From: a virus
Taxonomy: Duplodnaviria; Caudoviricetes
IMG/VR virus record: IMGVR_UViG_3300033121_002354
Location: 49,040-113,039 of that record
Reading direction: 5' to 3' (one strand)
Length of the DNA: 64,000 nucleotides
Shown: piece by piece, positions 41,382 to 50,186 of the stretch
How positions within the stretch are numbered: the stretch's first letter is position 1
Layout of the letters: the number at the start of each line of letters is the position of its first letter
Notes under the pieces: model-generated
Database searches by the model: none
Seen by the model: only the letters and a program-made list of their open reading frames with translations
Told to the model about the DNA's origin: nothing
Program-made: the position numbers and the translations under genes

Positions 41382-42017
41382 ATGATAAGCAAGACACAGA
41401 TTGAGTTGGCATTGCAAAACAAGAGTATCACTGATTATCTTGCTGCTCGTGGTTTTAGTCCTGAAACAACTACGGGAGTGAGATGGAAATATCTTTGTCC
41501 TTTTCCAGATCATCAAGAGACCAAACCAAGTTTTGTTGTTTTTAAAAATGAAGAGATAGAAAAGTTTTGGTGTTTTGGATGTAGTCGCGGCATTTCTCTT
41601 GTGCAACTCATGATGGGCTTGGAGGGGTTGACCTATCCACAAGCCCTGAAAAAGATTATCCCTGATTCTCAATTTACTAGTGATGATGAAATTAAGGCAA
41701 TCTTATCACAAATAGAGAAGTTCAAGGATGATATAACGCCAGATGCAGATATAGGCACGCTACTTATGAACATATCTAGGATGTGTTTAACTTACTCTCA
41801 TAAAACCAATAACGATCCTAAAGAGGTGGCAATTTTAGACAGATTCTATTGTCAGCTTGATAAAGATATTATAGATTTAAATATAGATAACCTTGAAAGA
41901 TATCTGTTTGTCTTGCCCAAAATATTGTGCCAAAGAAAAGACATATATAAGCACAATAAATTCTTGGAAAGAAAAAAGGAGTTTAAACATGAGAGCACCA
42001 TCTCATTGGAAGCTTGA
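41382..42017 (+). CDS. Stand-alone CHC2 zinc-finger (primase zinc-binding domain) protein
   Basis: LCPFPDHQETKPSF..FWCFGCSRG..LMMGLEGLTYPQAL; helical C-terminus; no TOPRIM. Confidence 0.85.
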   Translation: MISKTQIELALQNKSITDYLAARGFSPETTTGVRWKYLCPFPDHQETKPSFVVFKNEEIEKFWCFGCSRGISLVQLMMGLEGLTYPQALKKIIPDSQFTSDDEIKAILSQIEKFKDDITPDADIGTLLMNISRMCLTYSHKTNNDPKEVAILDRFYCQLDKDIIDLNIDNLERYLFVLPKILCQRKDIYKHNKFLERKKEFKHESTISLEA

Positions 42018-42180
42018 TGACTTATACGAACACTGCTTAAGTGGACCTAAAGCTTCAAAAGGAGATAAGTGGTTTCCTGCTCGTCCATGTGGATTTTATT
42101 CTATTTGGAGCAGGATAAGAATTGCTTATTCAGTTTTTATTGGAAAATGTGATGCAGTTGAATGGCCAGGTGATCAGTGA
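41989..42180 (+). CDS. Small hypothetical protein
   Basis: AAGGAG SD before ATG 41989; GTGA overlap with next gene. Confidence 0.55.
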   Translation: MRAPSHWKLDDLYEHCLSGPKASKGDKWFPARPCGFYSIWSRIRIAYSVFIGKCDAVEWPGDQ

Positions 42181-43277
42181 ATACGATTAAGTTAGGAAAC
42201 TCTTTGTACTTAATGCAGCAGGACTTACAGAACAACAGTGTATCTGCTGTCATAACAGATCCACCATATGGGCTATCTTTACTTCAAGAGGAGTGGGATC
42301 AGTCACTTCCTTCTACAGAAATATGGCGGCAATGTTTTCGTGTTCTAAAGCCTGGTGGTTTTTGTGTGGCGTTTGGACATGTAAAAACATTTCACAGGCT
42401 TGCCTGCAACATAGAAGATGCAGGGTTTGTTTTGAAAGATTGTTTTTGTTGGGGATATGCTACTGGTACTCCGTACAGTCTGGATTTGTCAAAAGCTTTT
42501 GATAAAAAACTAGGAATGGAACGTGAAGTTATAGCAACACGTGTTCATCCGACGTTAAAGAACAAACCAAAAGTTAAATCGAGCAGATACCATGTTGAGA
42601 GTCTTAAAAGCGATGAAACTGCAGAGTCATGGGACATTACTGCACCTGCATCAGATGAAGCAAAAAAGTGGAATGGTTGGGGTACAGCACTAAAAACTGC
42701 TTGGGAGCCTATTCTGCTTTTTCAGAAACCACTAGAAGGAACTTACATAGAAAATGTAAAGAAATATAATATTGGCGGCATCAATATTGATGAATGTCGC
42801 ATTCCGTATGCTTCAGAAGAAGACAAAAAGTCGCTGGAAACATTTCTTAATTTTGCTGGAAAAGATCACGGAAATTCTAAGTATAGGTCTTTTAATGGTA
42901 ATGGGAAAAAGCAGGTCAATGTGCATCCAGACGGAAGATGGCCAGCAAATATGATGTGGTTAGATGAAATTTTTCCAGAATACGACCATATTTTTATGGT
43001 CCCTAAGCCTTCAAAGCACGAGAAGAGAGACTATAATGATCATCCTTCTGTTAAGCCTGTTCACTTAATGGAACGACTGATTAAGCTTGTAACTCCTAAT
43101 CCTACAGTAGTTTGTGAAGATGTGATAGTATTAGATCCCTTTATGGGTTCTGGCGGGACAGGGGTTGCTTGCAAGAAATTAAATCGTACATTTTATGGGT
43201 ACGAGTTGAGTCCTGAATACTATGAAATAGCTGTGCAAAGGTTTAACGAGAACACTAATACAGAGTTGTTCAAATAA
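42177..43277 (+). CDS. Site-specific DNA methyltransferase (N6-A/N4-C, beta class)
   Basis: ITDPPYG, RVLKPGG, HPSVKP, VLDPFMGSGGTG. Confidence 0.92.
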   Translation: MNTIKLGNSLYLMQQDLQNNSVSAVITDPPYGLSLLQEEWDQSLPSTEIWRQCFRVLKPGGFCVAFGHVKTFHRLACNIEDAGFVLKDCFCWGYATGTPYSLDLSKAFDKKLGMEREVIATRVHPTLKNKPKVKSSRYHVESLKSDETAESWDITAPASDEAKKWNGWGTALKTAWEPILLFQKPLEGTYIENVKKYNIGGINIDECRIPYASEEDKKSLETFLNFAGKDHGNSKYRSFNGNGKKQVNVHPDGRWPANMMWLDEIFPEYDHIFMVPKPSKHEKRDYNDHPSVKPVHLMERLIKLVTPNPTVVCEDVIVLDPFMGSGGTGVACKKLNRTFYGYELSPEYYEIAVQRFNENTNTELFK

Positions 43278-44044
43278 TGCAAGACAGCAATTTTTATTCT
43301 TTAACTCCACAGTATAAAAAGTTTGCACAGAGCAAAGACAAGTGCAAATCCTGTTATCTTTGTGACATATATAAACAAGTTGTTCAATCTGAAGGAAACG
43401 TAAAGAATCCTACTTTTATGATAATTGGTGAAGCTCCAGGTGCCGACGAAGTAGAACATAAAAGACCGTTTATAGGAAAATCTGGGCAGGAGCTTCGAAA
43501 GCATTTGCGGAGAATTGGGTTTAACAAGTCTAACACTTTGATAAGCAATGTTTTGCCATGTCGTCCTAAAGACAACAGGTTTCCATTTGATGCCAAAATA
43601 TCGCGTAACTGTGCTAAAAAATGGTTGCTACAAGAAATAAAAATGGTTCAGCCCAAGCTCATAATAACTTGTGGCTCCAAGGCAGCAGAAATAGTCAGAG
43701 AATTTCACGACAAAACACTTGTACTTGGTAAGTATCGTGGGATATTTGAGTTTATCAATGGATCAAGATGGTGCATTTCTACATGGCACCCTTCTTATGT
43801 ATTAAGGTGCAAAAACGATCCAGCCAAGGCTTCTATAGAAAAAGAGTTTATAGACGATTTGGAAAAAGCTTTTGATTATAATAGTTATATAACCAATAAA
43901 AAAGATAACACACAAAAAGTGTATTTTGCCAAAAAGAAAACTAACAACAGCTATGTTGTCAAGGATGAAACTTATTATACTTCCAACAATAAAGACACTT
44001 ATAGTGTTAGTGAAAACTTTTTTACGCAGTATCCAACATGGTAG
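43277..44044 (+). CDS. Uracil-DNA glycosylase family 4
   Basis: CKSCYLC, IIGEAPG..E...RPFIGKSG, NVLPCRP, WHPSY. Confidence 0.92.
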   Translation: MQDSNFYSLTPQYKKFAQSKDKCKSCYLCDIYKQVVQSEGNVKNPTFMIIGEAPGADEVEHKRPFIGKSGQELRKHLRRIGFNKSNTLISNVLPCRPKDNRFPFDAKISRNCAKKWLLQEIKMVQPKLIITCGSKAAEIVREFHDKTLVLGKYRGIFEFINGSRWCISTWHPSYVLRCKNDPAKASIEKEFIDDLEKAFDYNSYITNKKDNTQKVYFAKKKTNNSYVVKDETYYTSNNKDTYSVSENFFTQYPTW

Positions 44045-44463
44045 AATTTGAAGACACAACATTAATAGAATCGCAAGGGTTTTTTGATATCGTTCAGGAA
44101 CTCATGGAAGTTCCAAAGTGGATGTTAAGGTCAAATGTGTATATTACTACTGCAGATGGTCAGTTTGGTTATGTAATTAATTTTTGGAATACCAAGAGAG
44201 TTATCATAGATGAAGTAATGCGTTCATTAATGGTGAATTCTCCAGCATCTGATTTGTCAGAACTATCAAATTGGTGCGAGGAACACGGCTGGAACAAGCC
44301 AGAGCCATCACCAAGGTTGTTAGAAAATCCACGCCAATTTGATTTTTGGCAAAGGCAGTATCAATCTGGTCTTGTAAATTCTGAAGAACTCGACCAGAGA
44401 GAAAGTGATTTTATGGAAAGAATAAAACCAAAGGAAACAAAAAATGCCAGTAAAGAGTTGTAA
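44038..44463 (+). CDS. Hypothetical protein
   Basis: 141-aa ORF in operon, overlapping both neighbours. Confidence 0.6.
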   Translation: MVEFEDTTLIESQGFFDIVQELMEVPKWMLRSNVYITTADGQFGYVINFWNTKRVIIDEVMRSLMVNSPASDLSELSNWCEEHGWNKPEPSPRLLENPRQFDFWQRQYQSGLVNSEELDQRESDFMERIKPKETKNASKEL

Positions 44464-45067
44464 CAAATTAACACGTTTCGAGTTTGAGTATGAGTCAGAA
44501 TCGTCTAAGACAACGTACAATTTAGTGTATGTTGGGTCTTCGGAAGGCGAAGAAATATCTATAACAGATGAAGAAGGTACAGAGGTAAACTTTGATTTTT
44601 CAATGCTTTGTGAAATTGTTGACTTAATTAGAGCAACCAAAAAAACGCAGAGCAACCTGAATATTCCTTCTCCTACTGTTCAGGATTTTTCTACAGAGTC
44701 AGAAGTTGACAGGACTCAAAAACACGTTAGTGAAATAATGTCTAATTTTGATCCTTCATCTCCAGAGTTTGAATCACCTGGAATCATGAAGGGGCTTAAT
44801 GGACTAGAGGTTGTAGGAGAACAAGAAGAAATAAACATAGAAGATCTGGACGAGGAAATCTCCTTAGACGATGACGAAGAAACCACTATAAAAACCACAA
44901 AATCGGGCGGACATAATGTAGTTGTTGCAAATCAAACTCCAGAAGAAGAGTTAAAAAAGATTGCCGAAGAAAGGAAAAAGACACAACCGAAAAAGCCCGG
45001 TGCTAAGAAAATCAAGAAAATTGCAGAGTCTGAACCAAACGAAGATGACGAAGTAATAAATCTTTAA
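44444..45067 (+). CDS. Acidic hypothetical protein
   Basis: 207 aa; AAGGA upstream; Glu/Asp-rich with basic tail. Confidence 0.65.
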   Translation: MPVKSCNKLTRFEFEYESESSKTTYNLVYVGSSEGEEISITDEEGTEVNFDFSMLCEIVDLIRATKKTQSNLNIPSPTVQDFSTESEVDRTQKHVSEIMSNFDPSSPEFESPGIMKGLNGLEVVGEQEEINIEDLDEEISLDDDEETTIKTTKSGGHNVVVANQTPEEELKKIAEERKKTQPKKPGAKKIKKIAESEPNEDDEVINL

Positions 45068-45079
45068 AAGGAGATCAAT

Positions 45080-45262
45080 GTGCTACTTAACAAACAGGCC
45101 GTAAAAACCGCTATTCTGGAACGTTGGTGCAAACTTCGTGGTATAGAGATGACAAGGGTTTCATCTGAGTGTTACGAATATTTGGAAGCAAAGCTAATAA
45201 ACACTATTGATAACGCCATAAAAACTCATCCTTCTATGGGTAAAACAATCAGGTTTCAGTAA
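45080..45262 (+). CDS. Putative histone-fold protein
   Basis: 60 aa; LLNKQAVK (a1), RVS (L1), long amphipathic helix, GKTI (L2); AAGGAG SD. Confidence 0.55.
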   Translation: MLLNKQAVKTAILERWCKLRGIEMTRVSSECYEYLEAKLINTIDNAIKTHPSMGKTIRFQ

Positions 45263-45480
45263 TGGATTATCCTTGTGTAAAACTGGTATTGGCTAAGCAA
45301 ATGCTTGGTCCAAACGGGATTATAGAACCATTGTGCAATTCGTGTACTCAAATTGATTGTACTAATCCCATACGGAAGAAAACGGTTTCTATTTTAGGTG
45401 TCAACAAAGAGTGGCACCTGTTCATGGAAGGAACCAAAGCTTATCAAATAGTTGGCTGCGAAGGCTACATTAATGAATGA
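45262..45480 (+). CDS. Small Cys-rich protein
   Basis: CNSCTQIDC..CEGY; TAATG coupling. Confidence 0.6.
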   Translation: MDYPCVKLVLAKQMLGPNGIIEPLCNSCTQIDCTNPIRKKTVSILGVNKEWHLFMEGTKAYQIVGCEGYINE

Positions 45481-46321
45481 TGATTTCTATTCTTATATCA
45501 CCAAGATTACAACTTATCCCGGTTCTAAAGTTGTAATGAGTAGTTTGTCTAAGTTGTGGAGTTATGCCCACGACGAAGCAACTAGACTAGAGCTAAAGAA
45601 TTTATCAAAAGTGCATTTTGGAAGCAGGATATATGTTGATCCATCTTTTAATCCGGGTTTCGATTATGTTGTAAATAAATTTCCAGATGCTGATTTAAGT
45701 TCTATATCGGCTTTTTTAGTGCCTTCAGAGCACATGAACATTCTGGAGGTTCGTCACTGTGCAGGTTGTTATATTCCTAAGTTAAAGCTCATTTTGATAA
45801 AAGCGGGCAATACTTGGGGTGGTTCATCTAGTGAGATTGACCGATTATTTGATTTGTTTTCTATAAACGTTGCTATGGATGATGTATTTGTCCACGAATT
45901 GATACACGCAGTTTCACATGAATATGACAGACAAACCAGAAAGAACAAAGTATTAGAAGAAGAGTTTGCTTACAGTAATACGCTTGACTGGTTTTACGAT
46001 AAAGGGTTAAATGACGAACAAATAATATCAAAGAATTTTTTGCCATTTTTAATTTCGGATGTGCTGGAAAAGGACAATAAGGAAATAGAAGACTCAATAT
46101 TTTCTAGTAAAGCAATATACGCATCTTATTTAACAGGCAAAGAACGTCGTGCATCATTAGAGATGTTTGCTAACGAATATGTTACAGAGGTAGTGAACAG
46201 GGCAATAGATAAAGGAAAATCATTAATAAAAATGTATAAAAAGTATGGAAGAAATCAGTATTACAATACAACATTGATTGATGATGACGAAAGCAGGTTT
46301 AGTAATTTAGATTTTTCATAA
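45473..46321 (+). CDS. HExxH zinc-metalloprotease-like protein
   Basis: AGCY..FVHELIHAVSH..EEEFAY. Confidence 0.6.
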   Translation: MNDDFYSYITKITTYPGSKVVMSSLSKLWSYAHDEATRLELKNLSKVHFGSRIYVDPSFNPGFDYVVNKFPDADLSSISAFLVPSEHMNILEVRHCAGCYIPKLKLILIKAGNTWGGSSSEIDRLFDLFSINVAMDDVFVHELIHAVSHEYDRQTRKNKVLEEEFAYSNTLDWFYDKGLNDEQIISKNFLPFLISDVLEKDNKEIEDSIFSSKAIYASYLTGKERRASLEMFANEYVTEVVNRAIDKGKSLIKMYKKYGRNQYYNTTLIDDDESRFSNLDFS

Positions 46322-46324
46322 GTT

Positions 46325-46705
46325 ATGGCAATATACGAATACAAGTCTGTTAATGGTGGGTGCAAACAATGCTCTGATGTTTTTGAAGTAGTTCAAAGAA
46401 TGTCAGATCCGCCATTACAGGTGTGTGACAAGTGTGGAAACCCTGTAGAACGAATACCTAGTTTATGTTCTATGAATATGGGTTTTCGAGAAGCCAATCA
46501 ATACCCTGATGTTAAATATCATAAATATTGGAGAGACAGAAACGGTGTTAGGCACAAAGTAACTCCTGCTGATGGTGATCATAAATCCCCAACGGTTTCC
46601 AGAAGGGTTACGGCTTCACCAGAACAAATTGCTGCTCGCAAAAAGAGAGATTACGAACAAAGTCGTAGAGATCTTGCACGTCGTTGTCGGCAAAAAAAGA
46701 ACTGA
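46325..46705 (+). CDS. FmdB-family zinc-ribbon protein
   Basis: MAIYEYK..CKQC..FEVVQRMSDPPLQVCDKCG..VERIPS. Confidence 0.85.
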   Translation: MAIYEYKSVNGGCKQCSDVFEVVQRMSDPPLQVCDKCGNPVERIPSLCSMNMGFREANQYPDVKYHKYWRDRNGVRHKVTPADGDHKSPTVSRRVTASPEQIAARKKRDYEQSRRDLARRCRQKKN

Positions 46706-46706
46706 T

Positions 46707-46735
46707 TTGTATTTTCCTGAATCGTATTACATACT
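46707..46735 (+). promoter_or_regulatory. Sigma70-like promoter, leaderless
   Basis: TTGTAT-N17-CATACT-N6-ATG(46742). Confidence 0.5.
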
Positions 46736-46741
46736 TTAGTA

Positions 46742-47086
46742 ATGAGATATATCAGAGTTAAAAAGATAACTCAAAAGCTGTGTGACACTATTGTCAATGA
46801 ACAGCCTGCAGTCAAAGAAATTCTTACTCAAATCATGGCCCGCAATTTATATTGTTCAATGATAGTAGAAGGAAAGAGTCAATACTGTGTTTTAGATAAG
46901 GTAAGAATTTTAGATGTCCTGAGTGACGGTTTTAAGTATGCCTCTTTCAGGGGCAACATTAGTGTAAAAGATTCTTGCAAGTATGAGAGCTTAAGAGAGC
47001 TTAAAGTAGAATCAGAGGTTATGAAAGAAGTCACATCTGTTGATGAACCACAAGATGATCGCTGGTCCTTGTTAGATTTGAATTAA
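46742..47086 (+). CDS. Hypothetical protein
   Basis: 114 aa; TAATG coupling to next gene. Confidence 0.65.
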   Translation: MRYIRVKKITQKLCDTIVNEQPAVKEILTQIMARNLYCSMIVEGKSQYCVLDKVRILDVLSDGFKYASFRGNISVKDSCKYESLRELKVESEVMKEVTSVDEPQDDRWSLLDLN

Positions 47087-47517
47087 TGTTAATTTTAATT
47101 GCTATTATTGCTTTAATACTGCTTGTAATAACCAGCAAAATAGAGAACTGGTTATTTACAAAGGTTAAATGTCATCGTGTTAATCAGCAGAAGTATCAGT
47201 CCGAAGAAAACTCAAGGAGAAGGTCTTTTGATGAGCTTCATAAATATTTAGAGTATTTAAACTTCAACATTATTCACTGTGGCGGTAGAAACCCAATAAG
47301 GATGTACGGCTGGTTGCCATCGGGTAAGCAATTTTATGTGAGTTGCAAAAAAGATACATGTTATATGGTTGTAGATGATGACGACAATGACTCGAAGAAG
47401 ATATCTTGTGACAATGCCAGCAATTTGTCAGAGCCAGAATTTGCAATGATTTTTGTAAATTTTTTAGAGCAATATGGGTATCACGATTTGGCAAAAGAAA
47501 TTAAGAGAGTATATTAA
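47086..47517 (+). CDS. Membrane-anchored hypothetical protein
   Basis: N-terminal hydrophobic helix MLILIAIIALILLVIT. Confidence 0.65.
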   Translation: MLILIAIIALILLVITSKIENWLFTKVKCHRVNQQKYQSEENSRRRSFDELHKYLEYLNFNIIHCGGRNPIRMYGWLPSGKQFYVSCKKDTCYMVVDDDDNDSKKISCDNASNLSEPEFAMIFVNFLEQYGYHDLAKEIKRVY

Positions 47518-47723
47518 TGGCTAAAATAACAGTAGAAATACCACAAAACGTTATAGATGAGGCAGTTAAAAAAGAGCTGAAAAAGTTACTGTCAGAAAAT
47601 AGCAAACTCAGAAAAGAACGTGACCAATTAAAACAAAAGATATACAGCATGAAGGAAGATATAGGAAAAGCTGAATCAATTATAGGCTATATTCGAGATG
47701 TTGGCGAATTCAAAGGAGATTAA
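47517..47723 (+). CDS. Small coiled-coil protein
   Basis: 68 aa with heptad pattern; TAATG coupling. Confidence 0.6.
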   Translation: MAKITVEIPQNVIDEAVKKELKKLLSENSKLRKERDQLKQKIYSMKEDIGKAESIIGYIRDVGEFKGD

Positions 47724-47727
47724 CACA

Positions 47728-48054
47728 ATGGACCATGATCAAATAACAGAACAAGAAAGAGCAAAAATAATAGAAGAAATTATGAAGATAGAACCATTGC
47801 ATATGTCTGGCTGTGGTTTGGATTTATACTTAAGAAGGGCAGATGTGCTTAAAGTAATAAAAGGTGTAAACACAGAGAATAAGGTGCAGAAGTTAAACTT
47901 TTTTTGGGTTATGTGTGGCAATTTGACAGAGGCCGCACAAAGAATAAACGAGGGACTAAAAAATAGGAATATTCCGGCACAAAATGTTGTTTGTATAACA
48001 TATGACACACAATCCAATCCCCCCACGCCGCAAGCAGTTTGGTTTATAGAGTAA
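47728..48054 (+). CDS. Hypothetical protein
   Basis: AAGGAG SD before ATG 47728. Confidence 0.6.
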   Translation: MDHDQITEQERAKIIEEIMKIEPLHMSGCGLDLYLRRADVLKVIKGVNTENKVQKLNFFWVMCGNLTEAAQRINEGLKNRNIPAQNVVCITYDTQSNPPTPQAVWFIE

Positions 48055-48060
48055 AGAATT

Positions 48061-48873
48061 GTGGTCAAGTGTATGTTGTGTGGTTTTGAATTTAAACAGA
48101 TAACTAGTAGTGGTCATCTACGAAAACACAATATAGATATTGGTGAATACAAAAAGTTGTTTCCTGAAGCAGAGGTAATTTCTAAAGAAATTTGTGAATT
48201 ACGTTCCAAGTTGACAAATGACCGAATCCTTAAAGGAATTCATTTTGTTCCATTTAGAGATATTAAAGGATTGGCTAGAAAAATACACGACCAATACAAA
48301 ATTAAAGACAGACGCGATTTTGAGTATGTTTGTATTAGATGTGGAATTAAAAAGTATGCAGAATGCCGTTCGACAGCAAAGAAAAGAAAATTTTGCTCGA
48401 ACAAGTGTCGCATGTTGCACATTCAAGAGCATGATGAATTACTAAAAGAGTTTTCTAGAAAAGTCAGTAGAGCAACAACCGGAATTCCCAAGAGAGGTGG
48501 TTATAGTCGTGCTCGCGGAGGTGTAAGAGAGGATATAGGACACTATGTCAGGAGCGGGTGGGAAGCGGACATTTGTCGTATTTTTATATATTACAATAAG
48601 CCTTATGAATATGAAAAATATGTTGTGAAGTTACAACACGGCAAAAATAGTCTTACATGGATTATTGATTTTATTGATACACAAAAACATATATCTAACG
48701 GACTGATCGAGGTTAAAGGTTGGTGGGACAAAAAAAGTAAACTCAAATTAAAGTTGCTAAAGAAGCAGTATCCTGATATATATAAGCGGTTGACAATTAT
48801 TGATTTTCACAAAATGAAAGATCTTATTGTCAAATATAAGGGAGTAATTAATGGGTGGGAAAGTTCCAAATAG
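48061..48873 (+). CDS. Zinc-finger PD-(D/E)xK-type endonuclease, putative free-standing homing endonuclease
   Basis: CMLC..HLRKH and CIRC..FCSNKC modules followed by VRSGWEA..YEYE..IDF..IEVKGWW nuclease domain. Confidence 0.7.
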   Translation: MVKCMLCGFEFKQITSSGHLRKHNIDIGEYKKLFPEAEVISKEICELRSKLTNDRILKGIHFVPFRDIKGLARKIHDQYKIKDRRDFEYVCIRCGIKKYAECRSTAKKRKFCSNKCRMLHIQEHDELLKEFSRKVSRATTGIPKRGGYSRARGGVREDIGHYVRSGWEADICRIFIYYNKPYEYEKYVVKLQHGKNSLTWIIDFIDTQKHISNGLIEVKGWWDKKSKLKLKLLKKQYPDIYKRLTIIDFHKMKDLIVKYKGVINGWESSK

Positions 48874-48891
48874 AAAGGGGGTTTTAATACT

Positions 48892-50186
48892 ATGACAATA
48901 AAAAAATCTGATTTCGCTCATTTGCATTGTCATAGTGTTTAGCTCTGCCCCGTCTTAGTGGCGGGGTAGAGCTAACACTAGTTTTTTCAGCATTTGATGG
49001 CTTTTCCCAGATAAAAGATCTTCCTAGAACTGCCAAGTTGCATGGCCAGCGGGCTATAGCGTTGACAGATCATGGTACACTTGGTGGAGCAATACAGTTT
49101 ATAAAGGCATGCAGAGAAGAAAATATAAAGCCAATTTTAGGATCAGAATTTTATTGCAGTCGTAATCGCAGAGCAAAATCAAAAAAGGAACAACCAGAGG
49201 GCAAACGGGGCAATAGACACTTAAATTTGTTTGCCAAAAACCTTACGGGCTATAAAAATCTTTGTACGCTTTCTCAGCGTTCTTATCTTGAGGGATACTA
49301 TTATTCACCAAGAATAGACTTTGAGTTATTGCAAGAATTTAGTAAAGGATTGATTTGCTCAAGTGCGTGCCTCAGCAATGTAATCAACTGGAACCTGTCG
49401 ATAGACAGATATGACCTTGCAAAAAAAGCAGCCACTATTCTCAAGGATATTTTTAAGAAAGATTTTTATCTTGAAATGATGTATCATGGAATGGATACAC
49501 AAAGCAAGATACTTCCATTAATCAAAAAGCTGTCAGTAGAGTTGGATATAAAAACCATTCCGACATTTGACAGTCATTACACAAACAAGGAAGACGCCAA
49601 ATATCAAGAAATAGTGGAATGTATTTCTCAGAAGAGATGTTACAAAGATCCAGACCGATATCATTTTCCTTATCAGGAATTTTATATCAAGTCTACAGAA
49701 GAGGTGTGTAAGGTATTTGGTCACTTACCGCAAACGATCAAGAACACCCAAGAGATAGTAGACAAATGTGATTTGGATGATCTTAAGTTTGGCGGCATGC
49801 TTCTGCCCAAGTTTGATGTTCCCATAGGGTTTGAAAGTGATTATAATTATTTAGCACATCTTGCTTGGGACGGACTTAAGAAAAAGGGAAAAGATAAAGA
49901 TCCAAGATATGTAGAGCGGTTAACTCTTGAGTTGAGCGACACCAAGTTGGTGTGGATAACCAAAAAGCTAGATTTCAAGGCTTACTTTCTTATAGTGTGG
50001 GATTTCTGCAATTTCATGAAGAAAGAGAAAATTCCATATGACGTTAGAGGTTCTGGTAACGGCTCTCTGTTGCTTTGGTGTTTGGGAATAACTAACATTG
50101 ATAGTGTATTGTACGGTTTGAGTTGGCCCCGATTCTTAGGATTTGATTCGGTCAAATATATCTGTTTAGATGATATTGGGTTATAA
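48892..50186 (+). CDS. dnaE: DNA polymerase III alpha, N-terminal subunit (PHP + part of palm), interrupted by a 44-nt insert; join 48892-48939 with 48984-50186 (416 aa)
   Basis: MTIKKSDFAHLHCHSV + FSAFDGFSQIKDL..AIALTDHG rebuilds the HxHSxYSxxDG motif; KPILGSEFY, GYKNL, RGSGNGSL; AAGGGGG SD before 48892. Confidence 0.9.
48933..48983 (+). other. Candidate translational-bypass element (GTT take-off, TAG, hairpin, GTT landing)
   Basis: GTT 48937-39, TAG 48940-42, 21-bp stem 48933-48980 with two G-U pairs, one bulge and a 5-nt loop, GTT 48981-83 in the downstream dnaE frame. Confidence 0.75.

Noticed and set aside
48937-48975. TAG reassignment (code 15) or a single-base error as the explanation for the dnaE break
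   Set aside because: Reading through TAG meets another TAG and then TAA at 48973. Deleting one T hits TAG. Adding one base would insert 15 aa into the middle of the PHP motif. Other genes are intact in code 11 and several end in TAG.
49038-50186. TTG 49038 as the dnaE start
   Set aside because: No SD, and it omits the HxH and SxxDG metal-binding residues encoded upstream
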